Counted from the stretch's first letter, positions 28,845 to 38,604 are shown. The stretch is DNA of 64,000 nucleotides from Candidatus Multivoradales bacterium (GCA_965248925.1 CBDFLE010000006.1:2624001-2688000), one strand, 5' to 3'. Numbers and translations: made by a program. Notes: generated from the sequence alone by a model not told the origin.

Positions 28845-30527
28845 ATGAAATCTCTGCCCCCACCCGCCGCCACTCTGCCCGCCGCCTTAGAACGTGCCGC
28901 CAAGCATTTTCCACGGCGCGGCATCGCCGTGCTCGATGGCCGCGGGCGCTCCCATCAGCGCCGCACCTACAGCGAGTTGCTCGCTAGCGTACGCACCGCG
29001 GCAGGTCGCTGGGCGGCCGCGGGTGCCGCACCTGGTGACCGCCTGATGATCTGCCTACCCACTTCCTGGGAGTGGATCGAGGCCTGGCTCGGCGCGATGT
29101 GGCTGGGCGCCCTGCCAGTGGCGGTGGCACCTGGCGGTGCAATGGGCGCTGCGGATCATCAGATTCGCAAAATAGAGGCATTGATCGAGCGCTTCGGGGC
29201 CCGTTTCTTGCTGACCCATGAGCTCCTTGCCCGCGATGCCAAGCGCCTGGGCGCTGAGCTGACCGCTGAGCGGGCCATCTCACCCGGGCAGTTGGGCGGC
29301 TTGGCCGCCGCTGCGTTTCAACCCGCTGGACCACAAGCCGACGATCTCGCCTTCTTGCAACTGACCAGCGGCTCCACCGGCTCACCGCGGGGGGTGATGA
29401 TCAGCCACCGCGCGGCCGTTCACAATCCCTATGCCTCGGATCTGGCGATCGGCCAACCGCATGGCCGGCCGATGCACCAGTGGGCCGAATCGATGGTCTC
29501 CTGGTTACCTCTGCACCACGACATGGGCTTGGTCGGCTGCCTTTTCCTTTCGCTCTATGCCGGTCTCGACCTGTGGTTGCTGCCGCCGGCGACTTTTCTC
29601 GCTCGCCCCCGACTGTGGCTGGAGCAGCTCGGTCGCCACGGCAAGACCTTCGCTCCAGCACCCAACTTCGGCTACCAGCTCTGTATCGAGAGGCTGCTTG
29701 GCGAAGCCCGCCAGGGCCTGGATCTATCCCTTTGGCGCGACGCTATGACCGGCGCCGAGATGATCCGTCCCGAGACCACCACCGCTTTCAGCGAAGCCTT
29801 TGCCGACGCCGGGTTTCGTCCCGAGACCTTCCGCCCTTGTTACGGCTTGGCCGAGAGCACCCTGACCGTGACCTTCGACCTCGAAGGGCGCGGCGTCCGC
29901 ACCCGACCACTGCCGACGGGCGCCGATCGCGGGATGGACTTGAGCGAGGTGGTGGCGTTGGGAGTGCCGGTCGAGGGTACCGAAATCCGTATCACGGCGG
30001 CCGGCGGTGGCAGCGTGAGCGATGGTACGGTGGGCGAGGTGCGGGTGCGGGGAACAAGCATCTTCTCCGGCTACTACAACGACCCGCAAGCAACCACCGA
30101 GGCTCTAGTCGATGGCTGGCTGTTGACCGGCGATCTTGGCTTCGTCGCCGACGGCGAGCTCTACTTGACCGGCCGCAGCAAGGACTTGCTGATCCTGCGC
30201 GGCCACAACCTGATGCCGCACGAGCTCGAATGGTTGGCCGAGGGCGTCACCGGCGGTGGTGGCGCCGCTCGCTGCGGTGCCTTCTCAGTGGCCAGCGGCG
30301 CCGCTGGCGAGCAAGCAGTGCTGGTGGTCGAGACCGTCGAACGCGACGCCGAGCGCCGCGGCGAGTTGGAGCACGAGATCCGTAGCCGCGTCGGCCGCTC
30401 CCTATCGTTGACTTTGTCTGATGTGGTTTTTGTTCGCCGGGGCAAGATTCCCAAAACCAGCAGCGGTAAAGTACGGCGTCGAGAGTTGCGCGCGATGTAC
30501 TTGGGCGACCAACTACCGCGACTCTGA
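28845..30527 (+). CDS. Fatty acyl-AMP ligase (FAAL)
   Basis: LQLTSGSTGSPRGV, SWLPLHHDMGLVG, PCYGLAEST, TGDLGF, IPKTSSGK. Confidence 0.9.
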   Translation: MKSLPPPAATLPAALERAAKHFPRRGIAVLDGRGRSHQRRTYSELLASVRTAAGRWAAAGAAPGDRLMICLPTSWEWIEAWLGAMWLGALPVAVAPGGAMGAADHQIRKIEALIERFGARFLLTHELLARDAKRLGAELTAERAISPGQLGGLAAAAFQPAGPQADDLAFLQLTSGSTGSPRGVMISHRAAVHNPYASDLAIGQPHGRPMHQWAESMVSWLPLHHDMGLVGCLFLSLYAGLDLWLLPPATFLARPRLWLEQLGRHGKTFAPAPNFGYQLCIERLLGEARQGLDLSLWRDAMTGAEMIRPETTTAFSEAFADAGFRPETFRPCYGLAESTLTVTFDLEGRGVRTRPLPTGADRGMDLSEVVALGVPVEGTEIRITAAGGGSVSDGTVGEVRVRGTSIFSGYYNDPQATTEALVDGWLLTGDLGFVADGELYLTGRSKDLLILRGHNLMPHELEWLAEGVTGGGGAARCGAFSVASGAAGEQAVLVVETVERDAERRGELEHEIRSRVGRSLSLTLSDVVFVRRGKIPKTSSGKVRRRELRAMYLGDQLPRL

Positions 30528-30585
30528 TATCGCGACCCTGAGTCTAGTTTTCACCGGCGTTCCTGATCGCCGCTTTGGAGAAGAG

Positions 30586-30816
30586 ATGGATAAGAAGCAG
30601 AAGGCCTTGGAAGTGATCGCCGCTGTCAGCGGCAAGAACGCCAGCGAGCTAAGCCCGGAACTCGAGCTGGTTGCCGACCTGGGGATCGACTCGCCGAAGG
30701 CATTGCAGCTGTTGGTGGAACTCGAAGAGAAACTCGACATCGAGATCTCGGACGAGGATGCCGCCAAGCTCGACACCGTCGGCAACATCGTCGACTACCT
30801 CGGCGCACTCACCTGA
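30586..30816 (+). CDS. Acyl carrier protein
   Basis: 76-aa acidic protein with the DLGIDS phosphopantetheine motif; GGAG RBS. Confidence 0.93.
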   Translation: MDKKQKALEVIAAVSGKNASELSPELELVADLGIDSPKALQLLVELEEKLDIEISDEDAAKLDTVGNIVDYLGALT

Positions 30817-30832
30817 TCGGCGCTTTCCGCTG

Positions 30833-31558
30833 ATGCGGCTCAACCCCGACAGCTGGGTCGGCTCGCTGGCGCTCAGCTTGGCCGCTCGCCTAGCAGGGTG
30901 GTGGCTAGTGTTGCTCGAACGCAGCTGCCGTTTCCAGATCATCGCTGGCGATGAACACTTGCAAGCATTGCTGGCGCAGCCGCGACCGGTGATTATGTGC
31001 TTTTGGCACAACCGGCTTCTACTGGCGGGGCCCTATCTATTCCACCGGTTGCATCGGCGAGGTCTTAAACTCATCGTGCTGGTCAGCCAATCGCGCGACG
31101 GCGAGCTGGCGGCCCGGCTGGCGCGGGTGTGGCAGCTGCGCACGGTGCGCGGTTCGGCCACCCGGGGCGGGCGGCAGGCGATGCGCGGCCTCTATCGCGC
31201 CATTACCCGTCATCGCAGCTCGCCGATCATGATTCCCGACGGTCCCACCGGCCCGGTCTACAAATTCAAATCCGGAGTAACGATGATGGCGCAGATGGCC
31301 GAGGTGCCGATCTTGCCCTTGGGCCTGGCGGCCAAGCGGCGTCTGCGCATTGGTTCTTGGGACCGGATGATGGTTCCTTGGCCGTTCAGTCGAGTCGCCA
31401 TCGCCGTCGGCGAGCCGCGGCCGGTGCCTCGCGGCCTGTCCTCAGAGCAGCTGGCAGAAACCGGCTTGGAGCTAGAGACGATTCTCGACCAGTTGACTCT
31501 GGCCTGCGAGAAGCACCTCGGCAGCCGCGACGAGCTACGCCAGACGGACAGCGAGTAG
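30833..31558 (+). CDS. DUF374 lysophospholipid acyltransferase family (LpxJ-like)
   Basis: CFWHNR, VSQSRDGE, VRGS, PDGPTGP, SWDRMMVPWPFSR. Confidence 0.85.
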   Translation: MRLNPDSWVGSLALSLAARLAGWWLVLLERSCRFQIIAGDEHLQALLAQPRPVIMCFWHNRLLLAGPYLFHRLHRRGLKLIVLVSQSRDGELAARLARVWQLRTVRGSATRGGRQAMRGLYRAITRHRSSPIMIPDGPTGPVYKFKSGVTMMAQMAEVPILPLGLAAKRRLRIGSWDRMMVPWPFSRVAIAVGEPRPVPRGLSSEQLAETGLELETILDQLTLACEKHLGSRDELRQTDSE

Positions 31559-31601
31559 TACAGCGCTTGAAGTACACTCTATCTTCGCTTTCCCTCGCCC
31601 A

Positions 31602-32543
31602 GTGACCAGGAGAATTGCCATCGATACCGGCCTCCCTCCCCTGCGCCTGCTGCTCAACAGACTGATCGACTACGCTGGCCTTTTTCCGCCCGCGGGCCTC
31701 GGTATGGCTGCCGCGGTGGAAGAATTCGCCCACCAACGTCGCGGCGCCGACTCCTGGGCTTTGAATCGTTTCGTGGTGCCCCTCAGCCGCCTGGAGGAAT
31801 TCAGCGAGGCAGCGGCCGACCTACTGCCAGCGGTTGCAGGTGACGAGCCGTGGATTCTCAACGTGTTGCCCGGCGCAAGCCTGGAGTCCGCGGACTCGGC
31901 GATCAGCTCTTTCAACCAGCGCCACAAGGGTCGTGCGGCGATCGGCGGGGTGGAGACCAAGGCTGACTCTGTTGCCCAGATCGAGCACGCCCTGGAGTAC
32001 TTGGGCGGCATCGACTTGTTCTTCGAGATTCCCCACCACTGCGATCCATCAGAGCTCTTGCGATCGCTTGCCAAACAGGGCGGCCAACGAGCTTTCGCCA
32101 AGATCCGCACCGGCGGCGTTACCCGGGAGAGCATCGCCAGCAGCACCGACGTCGCCCGCTTCGTGGCCGCCGCCGCTCGCTGGCAAGCACCGTTCAAGGC
32201 CACCGCCGGGCTGCATCATCCGCTGCGTGGCGAATACCCTCTGACCTACGACCAGGGGGCCCAACTGGGGACCATGCACGGCTACCTCAATCTTTTTCTC
32301 GCCGCCGCGATGGCGGCCGCTAGCCTGATCGACGAGCAGGGCATCATTGAATTGCTGGAAGAGCGCTCGCCGGGTGCCCTCAAGATCGACGCCCGGTCCA
32401 TCACTTGGCGAGACCGGGTGTTAACCACCCAGGCCGTCGACAAAGCGCGCCAGAACTTCGCTCTATCTTATGGTTCGTGTTCTTTTCGCGAGCCGCTCAA
32501 GGACCTGCGGGCACTCGGCTCACCGATCCCGGCATCGCTCTGA
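31602..32543 (+). CDS. Conserved hypothetical protein upstream of fahA
   Basis: LIDYAGLFPPA, AKIRTGG, FKATAGLHHPLR, MHGYLN, SYGSCSFREP. Confidence 0.8.
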   Translation: MTRRIAIDTGLPPLRLLLNRLIDYAGLFPPAGLGMAAAVEEFAHQRRGADSWALNRFVVPLSRLEEFSEAAADLLPAVAGDEPWILNVLPGASLESADSAISSFNQRHKGRAAIGGVETKADSVAQIEHALEYLGGIDLFFEIPHHCDPSELLRSLAKQGGQRAFAKIRTGGVTRESIASSTDVARFVAAAARWQAPFKATAGLHHPLRGEYPLTYDQGAQLGTMHGYLNLFLAAAMAAASLIDEQGIIELLEERSPGALKIDARSITWRDRVLTTQAVDKARQNFALSYGSCSFREPLKDLRALGSPIPASL

Positions 32544-32577
32544 CCCCAACCACCACCGCACAGACTGAGATATCCCG

Positions 32578-33915
32578 ATGACCAAGAACCTCAATGAGAC
32601 TCACCAACCCAGCTTGAGTAGCTGGGTCGATGCGGCCAATCTGGCCAACTGCGATTTCCCGATTCAGAACCTACCCTTCGGCGTTTTCCGCGCCAAGGGC
32701 GCCGACTCGGGCGCCGATTCGGCCACCCTCGGTGTGGCGATCGGCGACCAAGTGCTCGACCTGCGCCAGGCACAACAGCTTGGCCTGCTGCGCTCGGCGC
32801 CAGCGGCGGCCCTCGGCGCGACCACCCTTAACCAACTGATGGGCTGTGGCTCACACACCGCTTCAGCATTGCGCGCCGAGCTTTCTCGGCTGCTGCGCGT
32901 CGGAGCGGCCAACACCGAGCAGGCCGCGACCGCGCTGCGACCCGTGAGCGATGTCGAGCTACTGCTGCCAGCGGAGATTGGTGACTACACCGACTTCTAC
33001 TGCTCGGTCCACCATGCCACCAATGTCGGCACCATGTTCCGACCCGACAACCCGCTGATGCCAAACTACAAGCACCTGCCGGTGGGCTATCACGGGCGCG
33101 CGTCGTCGATTATGGTCAGTGGCACGCCGGTCCGGCGGCCCAGCGGCCAGTCGAAGGCTCCTGACGCGGAGTCGCCGTCCTTCGGCCCTTCGAAGTTGCT
33201 CGACTACGAGCTCGAAGTCGGCTTCTACGTCGGCCGTGGCAATGCCTTGGGCGAGCCGGTGGGCATCGAGCGAGCGGAGGAGCATCTTTTCGGCTTCTGC
33301 CTGGTTAATGATTGGTCGGCCCGCGACATCCAAGCCTGGGAATACCAGCCGCTGGGACCCTTCCTGGGCAAGAGCTTTATCACCTCAGTATCGCCGTGGG
33401 TGGTCACCACCGAAGCCCTGGCACCGTTCCGAGTTGCCGAATTCGAACGCTCAGCCGACGATCCGCGACCTCTGCCCCACCTGAATTCAGCCGAGAACAG
33501 CCGCGGCGGCGGCATCGATCTGCAACTAGAGGTCTACTTGAGCACCGAGCGGATGCGCGAAGATGGCGCCAAGCCCTGCCGCCTCAGCCACAGCAACTAC
33601 CGCCACCTTTACTGGACCACGGCGCAGATGCTCGCCCACCACGCCTCGAACGGTTGCAACTTACGCCCCGGCGATCTGATGGCCAGCGGCACGGTGTCCG
33701 GCCCCGAGAAGAGCGCCCGTGGCTGCTTGCTCGAACTCACCTGGAGGGGCGCCGAGCCGATCACCCTGGACAACGGTGAGCAGCGAAAGTTCCTCGCCGA
33801 CGGCGACCAGCTGACCTTGCGAGGCCACTGTGCGGCGGACGGTGCCAGCCGCATCGGTTTTGGCGAATGCAGCGGCATTGTCTTGCCAGCCCTGACCTGC
33901 GAGGACCGAAGATGA
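32578..33915 (+). CDS. fahA: Fumarylacetoacetase
   Basis: DFPIQNLPFG, GDYTDFY, PVGYHGRASS, LDYELE, NDWSARDIQAWEYQPLGPF, SGTVSG. Confidence 0.96.
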   Translation: MTKNLNETHQPSLSSWVDAANLANCDFPIQNLPFGVFRAKGADSGADSATLGVAIGDQVLDLRQAQQLGLLRSAPAAALGATTLNQLMGCGSHTASALRAELSRLLRVGAANTEQAATALRPVSDVELLLPAEIGDYTDFYCSVHHATNVGTMFRPDNPLMPNYKHLPVGYHGRASSIMVSGTPVRRPSGQSKAPDAESPSFGPSKLLDYELEVGFYVGRGNALGEPVGIERAEEHLFGFCLVNDWSARDIQAWEYQPLGPFLGKSFITSVSPWVVTTEALAPFRVAEFERSADDPRPLPHLNSAENSRGGGIDLQLEVYLSTERMREDGAKPCRLSHSNYRHLYWTTAQMLAHHASNGCNLRPGDLMASGTVSGPEKSARGCLLELTWRGAEPITLDNGEQRKFLADGDQLTLRGHCAADGASRIGFGECSGIVLPALTCEDRR

Positions 33916-34292
33916 CTAGCCCCCTCAACCCGGCGACCGCCTGCCGCGCCCTGCTGCTCTGCCTCGCCCTGCTGCTGGTCGGCTGCGGCCAGACCCTCAA
34001 GCCGCCACCCCTCGGCGTAGCGCACCGCGAATCGCTGCTCGGCGCCGGCCGGATCTTGCAGATCACCAACACCAGCGAAGAACCCCTGACCTGTCCCCAG
34101 GTACGCATCGAGACCCCAGCAGGCGACGTCAAGACCCACCATCTCGGCGTACTGGCCAGTGGCGAGCTGGTAGAGCTAGGCTGGAAGAAGCTCGGCGGTT
34201 TCGAGATCACCCCCGGCGCCGAGGTGACTTTCGAGTGCGAAGGCTATTTGCGGCCGTTGGCCGTAACCATAGAGACCGCCGCCGATCAGTAA
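33912..34292 (+). CDS. Small putative lipoprotein
   Basis: Lipobox LLVGC; ATGA overlap with fahA. Confidence 0.7.
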   Translation: MTSPLNPATACRALLLCLALLLVGCGQTLKPPPLGVAHRESLLGAGRILQITNTSEEPLTCPQVRIETPAGDVKTHHLGVLASGELVELGWKKLGGFEITPGAEVTFECEGYLRPLAVTIETAADQ

Positions 34293-34328
34293 GCCGAGCC
34301 GGCGTTTCGCCCACCCGGCTGTGAGAGC

Positions 34329-34379
34329 TTGACTTTTCCGTCCACATTCTTAGAATAGAGAGAATCCGAATTCGGATTC
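34329..34379 (+). promoter_or_regulatory. Sigma70 promoter followed by a palindromic TetR operator
   Basis: TTGACT-N16-TAGAAT (34329-34356); perfect 18-bp palindrome GAATCCGAATTCGGATTC (34362-34379). Confidence 0.8.
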
Positions 34380-34405
34380 GTAACTTGCGATCGCCTTGAG
34401 ACCTG

Positions 34406-35071
34406 ATGTTGCTCTATCACGCACACCAGTCACGAAGCCGGGAGTCCCAGCAGCGTCTGCTCGAGGCGGGGGCCCAGCTCCTGGATCGCTTCTCGTGGGA
34501 CGACATCTCGATCGCGGCAGTGGCCAAGGAAGCGAACACCTCTGTGGGCGGCTTCTACGCGCGGTTCAAATCGAAGGATTCGCTCCTGCTGGTGCTTCAC
34601 GAGCGGTACGAGAAGAGGCGAAATGACCATTTCGAGAGATTCTTCGAATCGGACATCCGGGCTCAACCGTTGTCGGAACGGATAACGGCCCTGGTCGAAG
34701 CCGTAGCCGAATGGATGCACGAGAATCGCGGCATCCTGCGCACCTTTCTTCTCCGCTTTTGGTCGAGACCGGATGAGTTCGACGGAGCATTCCGTGAGCA
34801 ACTCGGCAACCTGTACGGACAGGCGGTAGCACTCTTGGTCGGGGATCGAGAGGAGATCGGTCGTCCGGATCCAAACCAGGCAGCCCACATGGCTGTTGTC
34901 GTGCTGGCCGCCTCTTGCCGGGACGCCCTGGTCCTCAAACCGGCTCCGAATCCGGGAGCGCTAGAACAGACCTTGAGTGAATTCAAGCAGGCGATGGCGG
35001 AGATTACGTGGTGCTACCTGAGTGCCGCAACAACGCCTCTTGGAGTCACGGGAGAAGCAGATGAAGACTAG
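34406..35071 (+). CDS. TetR/AcrR family regulator
   Basis: RLLEAGAQLL...ISIAAVAKEANTSVGGFYARFKSKDSLL. Confidence 0.93.
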   Translation: MLLYHAHQSRSRESQQRLLEAGAQLLDRFSWDDISIAAVAKEANTSVGGFYARFKSKDSLLLVLHERYEKRRNDHFERFFESDIRAQPLSERITALVEAVAEWMHENRGILRTFLLRFWSRPDEFDGAFREQLGNLYGQAVALLVGDREEIGRPDPNQAAHMAVVVLAASCRDALVLKPAPNPGALEQTLSEFKQAMAEITWCYLSAATTPLGVTGEADED

Positions 35072-36374
35072 AGTTTTGGCCGTTGGTCTCGCCGTTGTAG
35101 CCCTCGCCAGCTGTCGGCCGCCAGCCGCTCGTGTGGTCGAGTACCGGCTGGACGAGAAGCTCCAAGAGCTGGCGCTAGCGTTCTTGGCGAACGGAGACTT
35201 CTCCGGCGTTATCGCCGTGTCTCACGACGGAGAGGTGATTGGTGAAGCGGCCGTGGCATCGACGTATGTCCAGGGCGCAAGAGCGCTCGACACTCATACG
35301 AGCTTTCATGTGGCGTCAATCTCGAAGACCTTTACCGCCGCTGCGATCCGCAGTCTGGTGGCTCAGGACCGGTTTTCGCTCGACGATCCGTTGGCGGATT
35401 TTCTTCCCGACTTTCCGGCCAGCGAGAGCCTGACGATCCGCCATCTCCTGAACCACCAGTCAGGAGTTCCTGACTACTGGTCCCTTCCCGACGTGGGCGA
35501 ATACACCTCACGCCACACGCCGATCGCTGAGCTGATTGCATGGTTGGGTACGAAGCCGCTCGATTTCGCTCCCGGATCTGACACCTCCTACAGCAACTCG
35601 GGCTATGCGCTGCTCGCCGCGGTCGTCGAAGCAGCCTCGGGCCAGAAGTACCACGACTACTTGGCGCGAGAAATCTTCCCCGCTGCAAACCTGAAGGAGA
35701 CCAGCGTCTATCTGAATGACGCCGATGTCGTTGGCTACTCTCCAGCCTACGGCAGCGACAGAATCACGCCGAGCGCGCCCTACGACCCCTCGATTCTCAT
35801 CGGTGCTGGATCCTTGAAGTCGACGGCGAGCGACCTACTGCTTTGGTGCAAGGTCTTTATCGACAACTTCTTGGATGCCGAATCGGACACTTTCGTCTAC
35901 GGATGGGGAACTCGGGAGGAAAACGGCAGGCGGCACTTGGAGCAAACCGGCAGGAATCCGGGATTCAGCGCTCATCTTCGGGCCTATCCGGACAGCGGCA
36001 CCTGTGTCGTCGTGCTCAGCAACATCGAGTCCGACTCGGTTGCAGTCCTCGGCGCGGGTGCAGCGGCGATTGCCTTTGGCGAAGCGGTGACACCGCTAGC
36101 GAAGCGGCCCGTCATCTCGGTTTCTGAGGATAAGTTGGCCGCCTTCATTGGCCACTTCGAGATCTCCCCAGGAAACATCGTGGAAGTGTCCATGGGCGCC
36201 GGCGGGCTTCTTCTCCGCGGGCGAAACGGCCCGTTCTTGCCCCTGGAAGCAATCGGAGACGACAAGTTCTTTTATCGGCAGCTCTACACGATGATCGCAG
36301 CCGAGCGGGACGATCACGGGCAGGTCACGGCATTGCTGTGGGGTGGCTCTTGGAGGATGCCCAGAGTCGAATGA
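35061..36374 (+). CDS. Class C beta-lactamase-like serine hydrolase, lipoprotein, with a DUF3471-like C-terminal domain
   Basis: Lipobox LASC; SISK; LLNHQSG; YSN; QTG. Confidence 0.85.
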   Translation: MKTRVLAVGLAVVALASCRPPAARVVEYRLDEKLQELALAFLANGDFSGVIAVSHDGEVIGEAAVASTYVQGARALDTHTSFHVASISKTFTAAAIRSLVAQDRFSLDDPLADFLPDFPASESLTIRHLLNHQSGVPDYWSLPDVGEYTSRHTPIAELIAWLGTKPLDFAPGSDTSYSNSGYALLAAVVEAASGQKYHDYLAREIFPAANLKETSVYLNDADVVGYSPAYGSDRITPSAPYDPSILIGAGSLKSTASDLLLWCKVFIDNFLDAESDTFVYGWGTREENGRRHLEQTGRNPGFSAHLRAYPDSGTCVVVLSNIESDSVAVLGAGAAAIAFGEAVTPLAKRPVISVSEDKLAAFIGHFEISPGNIVEVSMGAGGLLLRGRNGPFLPLEAIGDDKFFYRQLYTMIAAERDDHGQVTALLWGGSWRMPRVE

Positions 36375-36411
36375 CCGAGTGCGCCCGCGGTTGTCGCTCA
36401 GTACCTCTTGC

Positions 36412-36792
36412 TCACATCATACCGAGATCGAGGCGGGCGGCTTCGGACATCATGCTCGGGTTCCACTCCGGATCCCAGACCACCTCGACCTCGGCCGACT
36501 CGACGCCAGAGACGCCTTCGATCTTGTCCTGAACCTCACCGGGCAGGATGCCGGCCACCGGGCAGCCGGGGGAGGTCAAGGTCATTTTCACCGAGACTTT
36601 CTTGTCCGCGTCGACCTCGATGGTGTAGATCAAGCCAAGCTCGTAGATGTTGACCGGGATTTCCGGGTCGTAGACCGTGCGGATGGCCTCGACTATGCGC
36701 TCTTCGAGGGTCGGTGGGCCGCTGCTCTCTCTGCTGTCCACTATTTCGGCAGCGGTGTTTGCGGTGTCGCTAGAGTCGGTGGCGTGGTCCAT
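36412..36792 (-). CDS. DUF59 Fe-S assembly protein (SufT/PaaD-like)
   Basis: VYDPEIPVNIYELGL, MTLTSPGCP, WDPEW. Confidence 0.92.
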   Translation of the reverse strand: MDHATDSSDTANTAAEIVDSRESSGPPTLEERIVEAIRTVYDPEIPVNIYELGLIYTIEVDADKKVSVKMTLTSPGCPVAGILPGEVQDKIEGVSGVESAEVEVVWDPEWNPSMMSEAARLDLGMM

Positions 36793-36838
36793 GACAATGG
36801 GTTCCTACAGCTGGGTTAGTGGGCTGCTCGGGAGCGGC

Positions 36839-37306
36839 CTATTCGGTGGTCACGGTGTCGGAGTCGGACTTGGCCAAGGCGGCCTGTAACGTGTGCCAGG
36901 CGAGGGTGGCGCATTTGACCCGCATTGGGAATTCACGCACCCCGCCGAGGGCTTCCAAGCGGTCGAAATCTTCGTCGCCTTCTTCAGTCAGCGGCTTGGC
37001 TTCGTCGTTGGTGAGAAAATCGCGAAAGCGCTCGAAGATGCGGTGGGCAGTGGCCACCGGTTTGCCCTTGATGACTTCGGTCATCATCGATGCCGAAGCG
37101 GTCGAAATTGCGCAACCGGCACCGTGGAAGGTGATCTCGCGCACGACTCCGTCTTCAACTCGGGCAAAGACCTCGACTTTGTCACCACACAGAGGGTTGT
37201 AACCGTCAGCGTGGCAGTTGTGCCCTGCTAGCTCGGCGAAGTTACGCGGCTGCCGATAGTGATCGATGATCACCTGCTGGTAAAGATCGCGGAGATCGTC
37301 GTTCAT
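36839..37306 (-). CDS. sufU: SUF NifU-like scaffold / sulfur-transfer protein
   Basis: LYQQVIIDH, NPLCGD, GCAISTASAS, RVKCATLAW. Confidence 0.93.
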   Translation of the reverse strand: MNDDLRDLYQQVIIDHYRQPRNFAELAGHNCHADGYNPLCGDKVEVFARVEDGVVREITFHGAGCAISTASASMMTEVIKGKPVATAHRIFERFRDFLTNDEAKPLTEEGDEDFDRLEALGGVREFPMRVKCATLAWHTLQAALAKSDSDTVTTE

Positions 37307-38571
37307 CTGCTGAATAGCTCCACCACCCGTAGCAGACCCGCCGCCAAGCGGTCGACCTCTTCTCGAGTGTTGTAGAAGGCCAAAGAGGCGCGAGCGGTGG
37401 CGCTCACCCCAAACCTTTCGATCGCTGGCTGGGCACAGTGGTGGCCGACCCGCACCGCGATGCCCTGGCGATCGAGAATGGTGCCGACATCATGAGCATG
37501 AACCCCTTCGACCATAAACGAAACCACCGCGACCTTGTGCCGCGCGGTGCCGATCAGTCGCACTTCGGGAATCGCTTGCAGCTGGGCTTGGGCGTATTCC
37601 AGCAGCTCAGCTTCGTAAGCCGCGATCCGCTCGAGACCCACTTTTTCGAGATATTCGATCGCCACACCGAGGCCGATCGCGCCGACGATATTTGGCGTGC
37701 CGGCTTCGAAGCGATGCGGGATCTCATTGTAGGTGGTGCCGTCGAAGCTCACCGACAGGATCATCTCTCCGCCACCCTGGTAGGGCTGCATCTCGCGCAG
37801 CAGCTCGGTCCGCCCCCAGAGCAGGCCGATGCCGGTGGGACCGACCATCTTGTGGCCGGACACAACATAGAAGTCGCAACCCAGCGCAGCCATGTCGAGA
37901 CTTTTGTGAGGGGCCGCTTGAGCACCATCGAGCAACACCGGCACCCCTTGACGGTGAGCTAACTCGACCATTCGCTCGACCGGATTGATGGTGCCGATGG
38001 CATTGGACACATGCACCGCGGCGACCATCTTGGTGCGCGGACCGAGCAACTCTTCGTAAGCTGCCATGTTGAGTTCGCCGCGATCGTCGAAAGGTACTAC
38101 CCGCAGCTCGGCGCCGGTTGCTTCGCAGACCATCTGCCAGGGTACGATGTTGGAGTGGTGCTCCATCGCGGTCAGCAAAATCTGGTCGCCGGCTCCTAAC
38201 CGCGGACGAGCGAAGCTCTGCGCCACCAGATTAATGCCTTCGGTGGCACCACGGACAAAGATCACCTCGCTGTTGTCGGCGGCACCGAGAAAACGCCCAG
38301 CGGTGGCTCGGGCTGCCTCGTAATGATCGGTAGCACGCTGCGACAGCTGATGCACGCCGCGATGAACGTTGGCGTAGTCGAAGGTGTAGGCCCGCGTCAC
38401 CGCGTCGATCACCACCTGCGGCTTCTGCGCCGAAGCAGCGCTGTCGAGATAGGCCAGCGGCTGGCCGTGAACTTGCTGAGCGAGGCCAGGGAAGTCGCGG
38501 CGGATTTGCTCGACATCAAATGCCGATGGCGAAACCTGGTTGGCTGTTGGCTGTTGGCTAGCGACGGGCAT
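37303..38571 (-). CDS. sufS: Cysteine desulfurase
   Basis: YLDSAAS, ANVHRG, SGHKM, RFEAGTP, RVGHHCAQP. Confidence 0.96.
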   Translation of the reverse strand: MPVASQQPTANQVSPSAFDVEQIRRDFPGLAQQVHGQPLAYLDSAASAQKPQVVIDAVTRAYTFDYANVHRGVHQLSQRATDHYEAARATAGRFLGAADNSEVIFVRGATEGINLVAQSFARPRLGAGDQILLTAMEHHSNIVPWQMVCEATGAELRVVPFDDRGELNMAAYEELLGPRTKMVAAVHVSNAIGTINPVERMVELAHRQGVPVLLDGAQAAPHKSLDMAALGCDFYVVSGHKMVGPTGIGLLWGRTELLREMQPYQGGGEMILSVSFDGTTYNEIPHRFEAGTPNIVGAIGLGVAIEYLEKVGLERIAAYEAELLEYAQAQLQAIPEVRLIGTARHKVAVVSFMVEGVHAHDVGTILDRQGIAVRVGHHCAQPAIERFGVSATARASLAFYNTREEVDRLAAGLLRVVELFSR

Positions 38572-38604
38572 GGGCGGCGATCTCCAGATTCTCACTCGGG
38601 CGGC

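Noticed and set aside
35061-36374. Antibiotic-resistance beta-lactamase
   Set aside because: The family is mostly esterases and peptidases, and it has QTG rather than the AmpC KTG; resistance cannot be claimed
36393-36404. Echo of the lipoprotein 3' end after the TetR/hydrolase unit
   Set aside because: About 9 of 12 nt match, not distinguishable from chance
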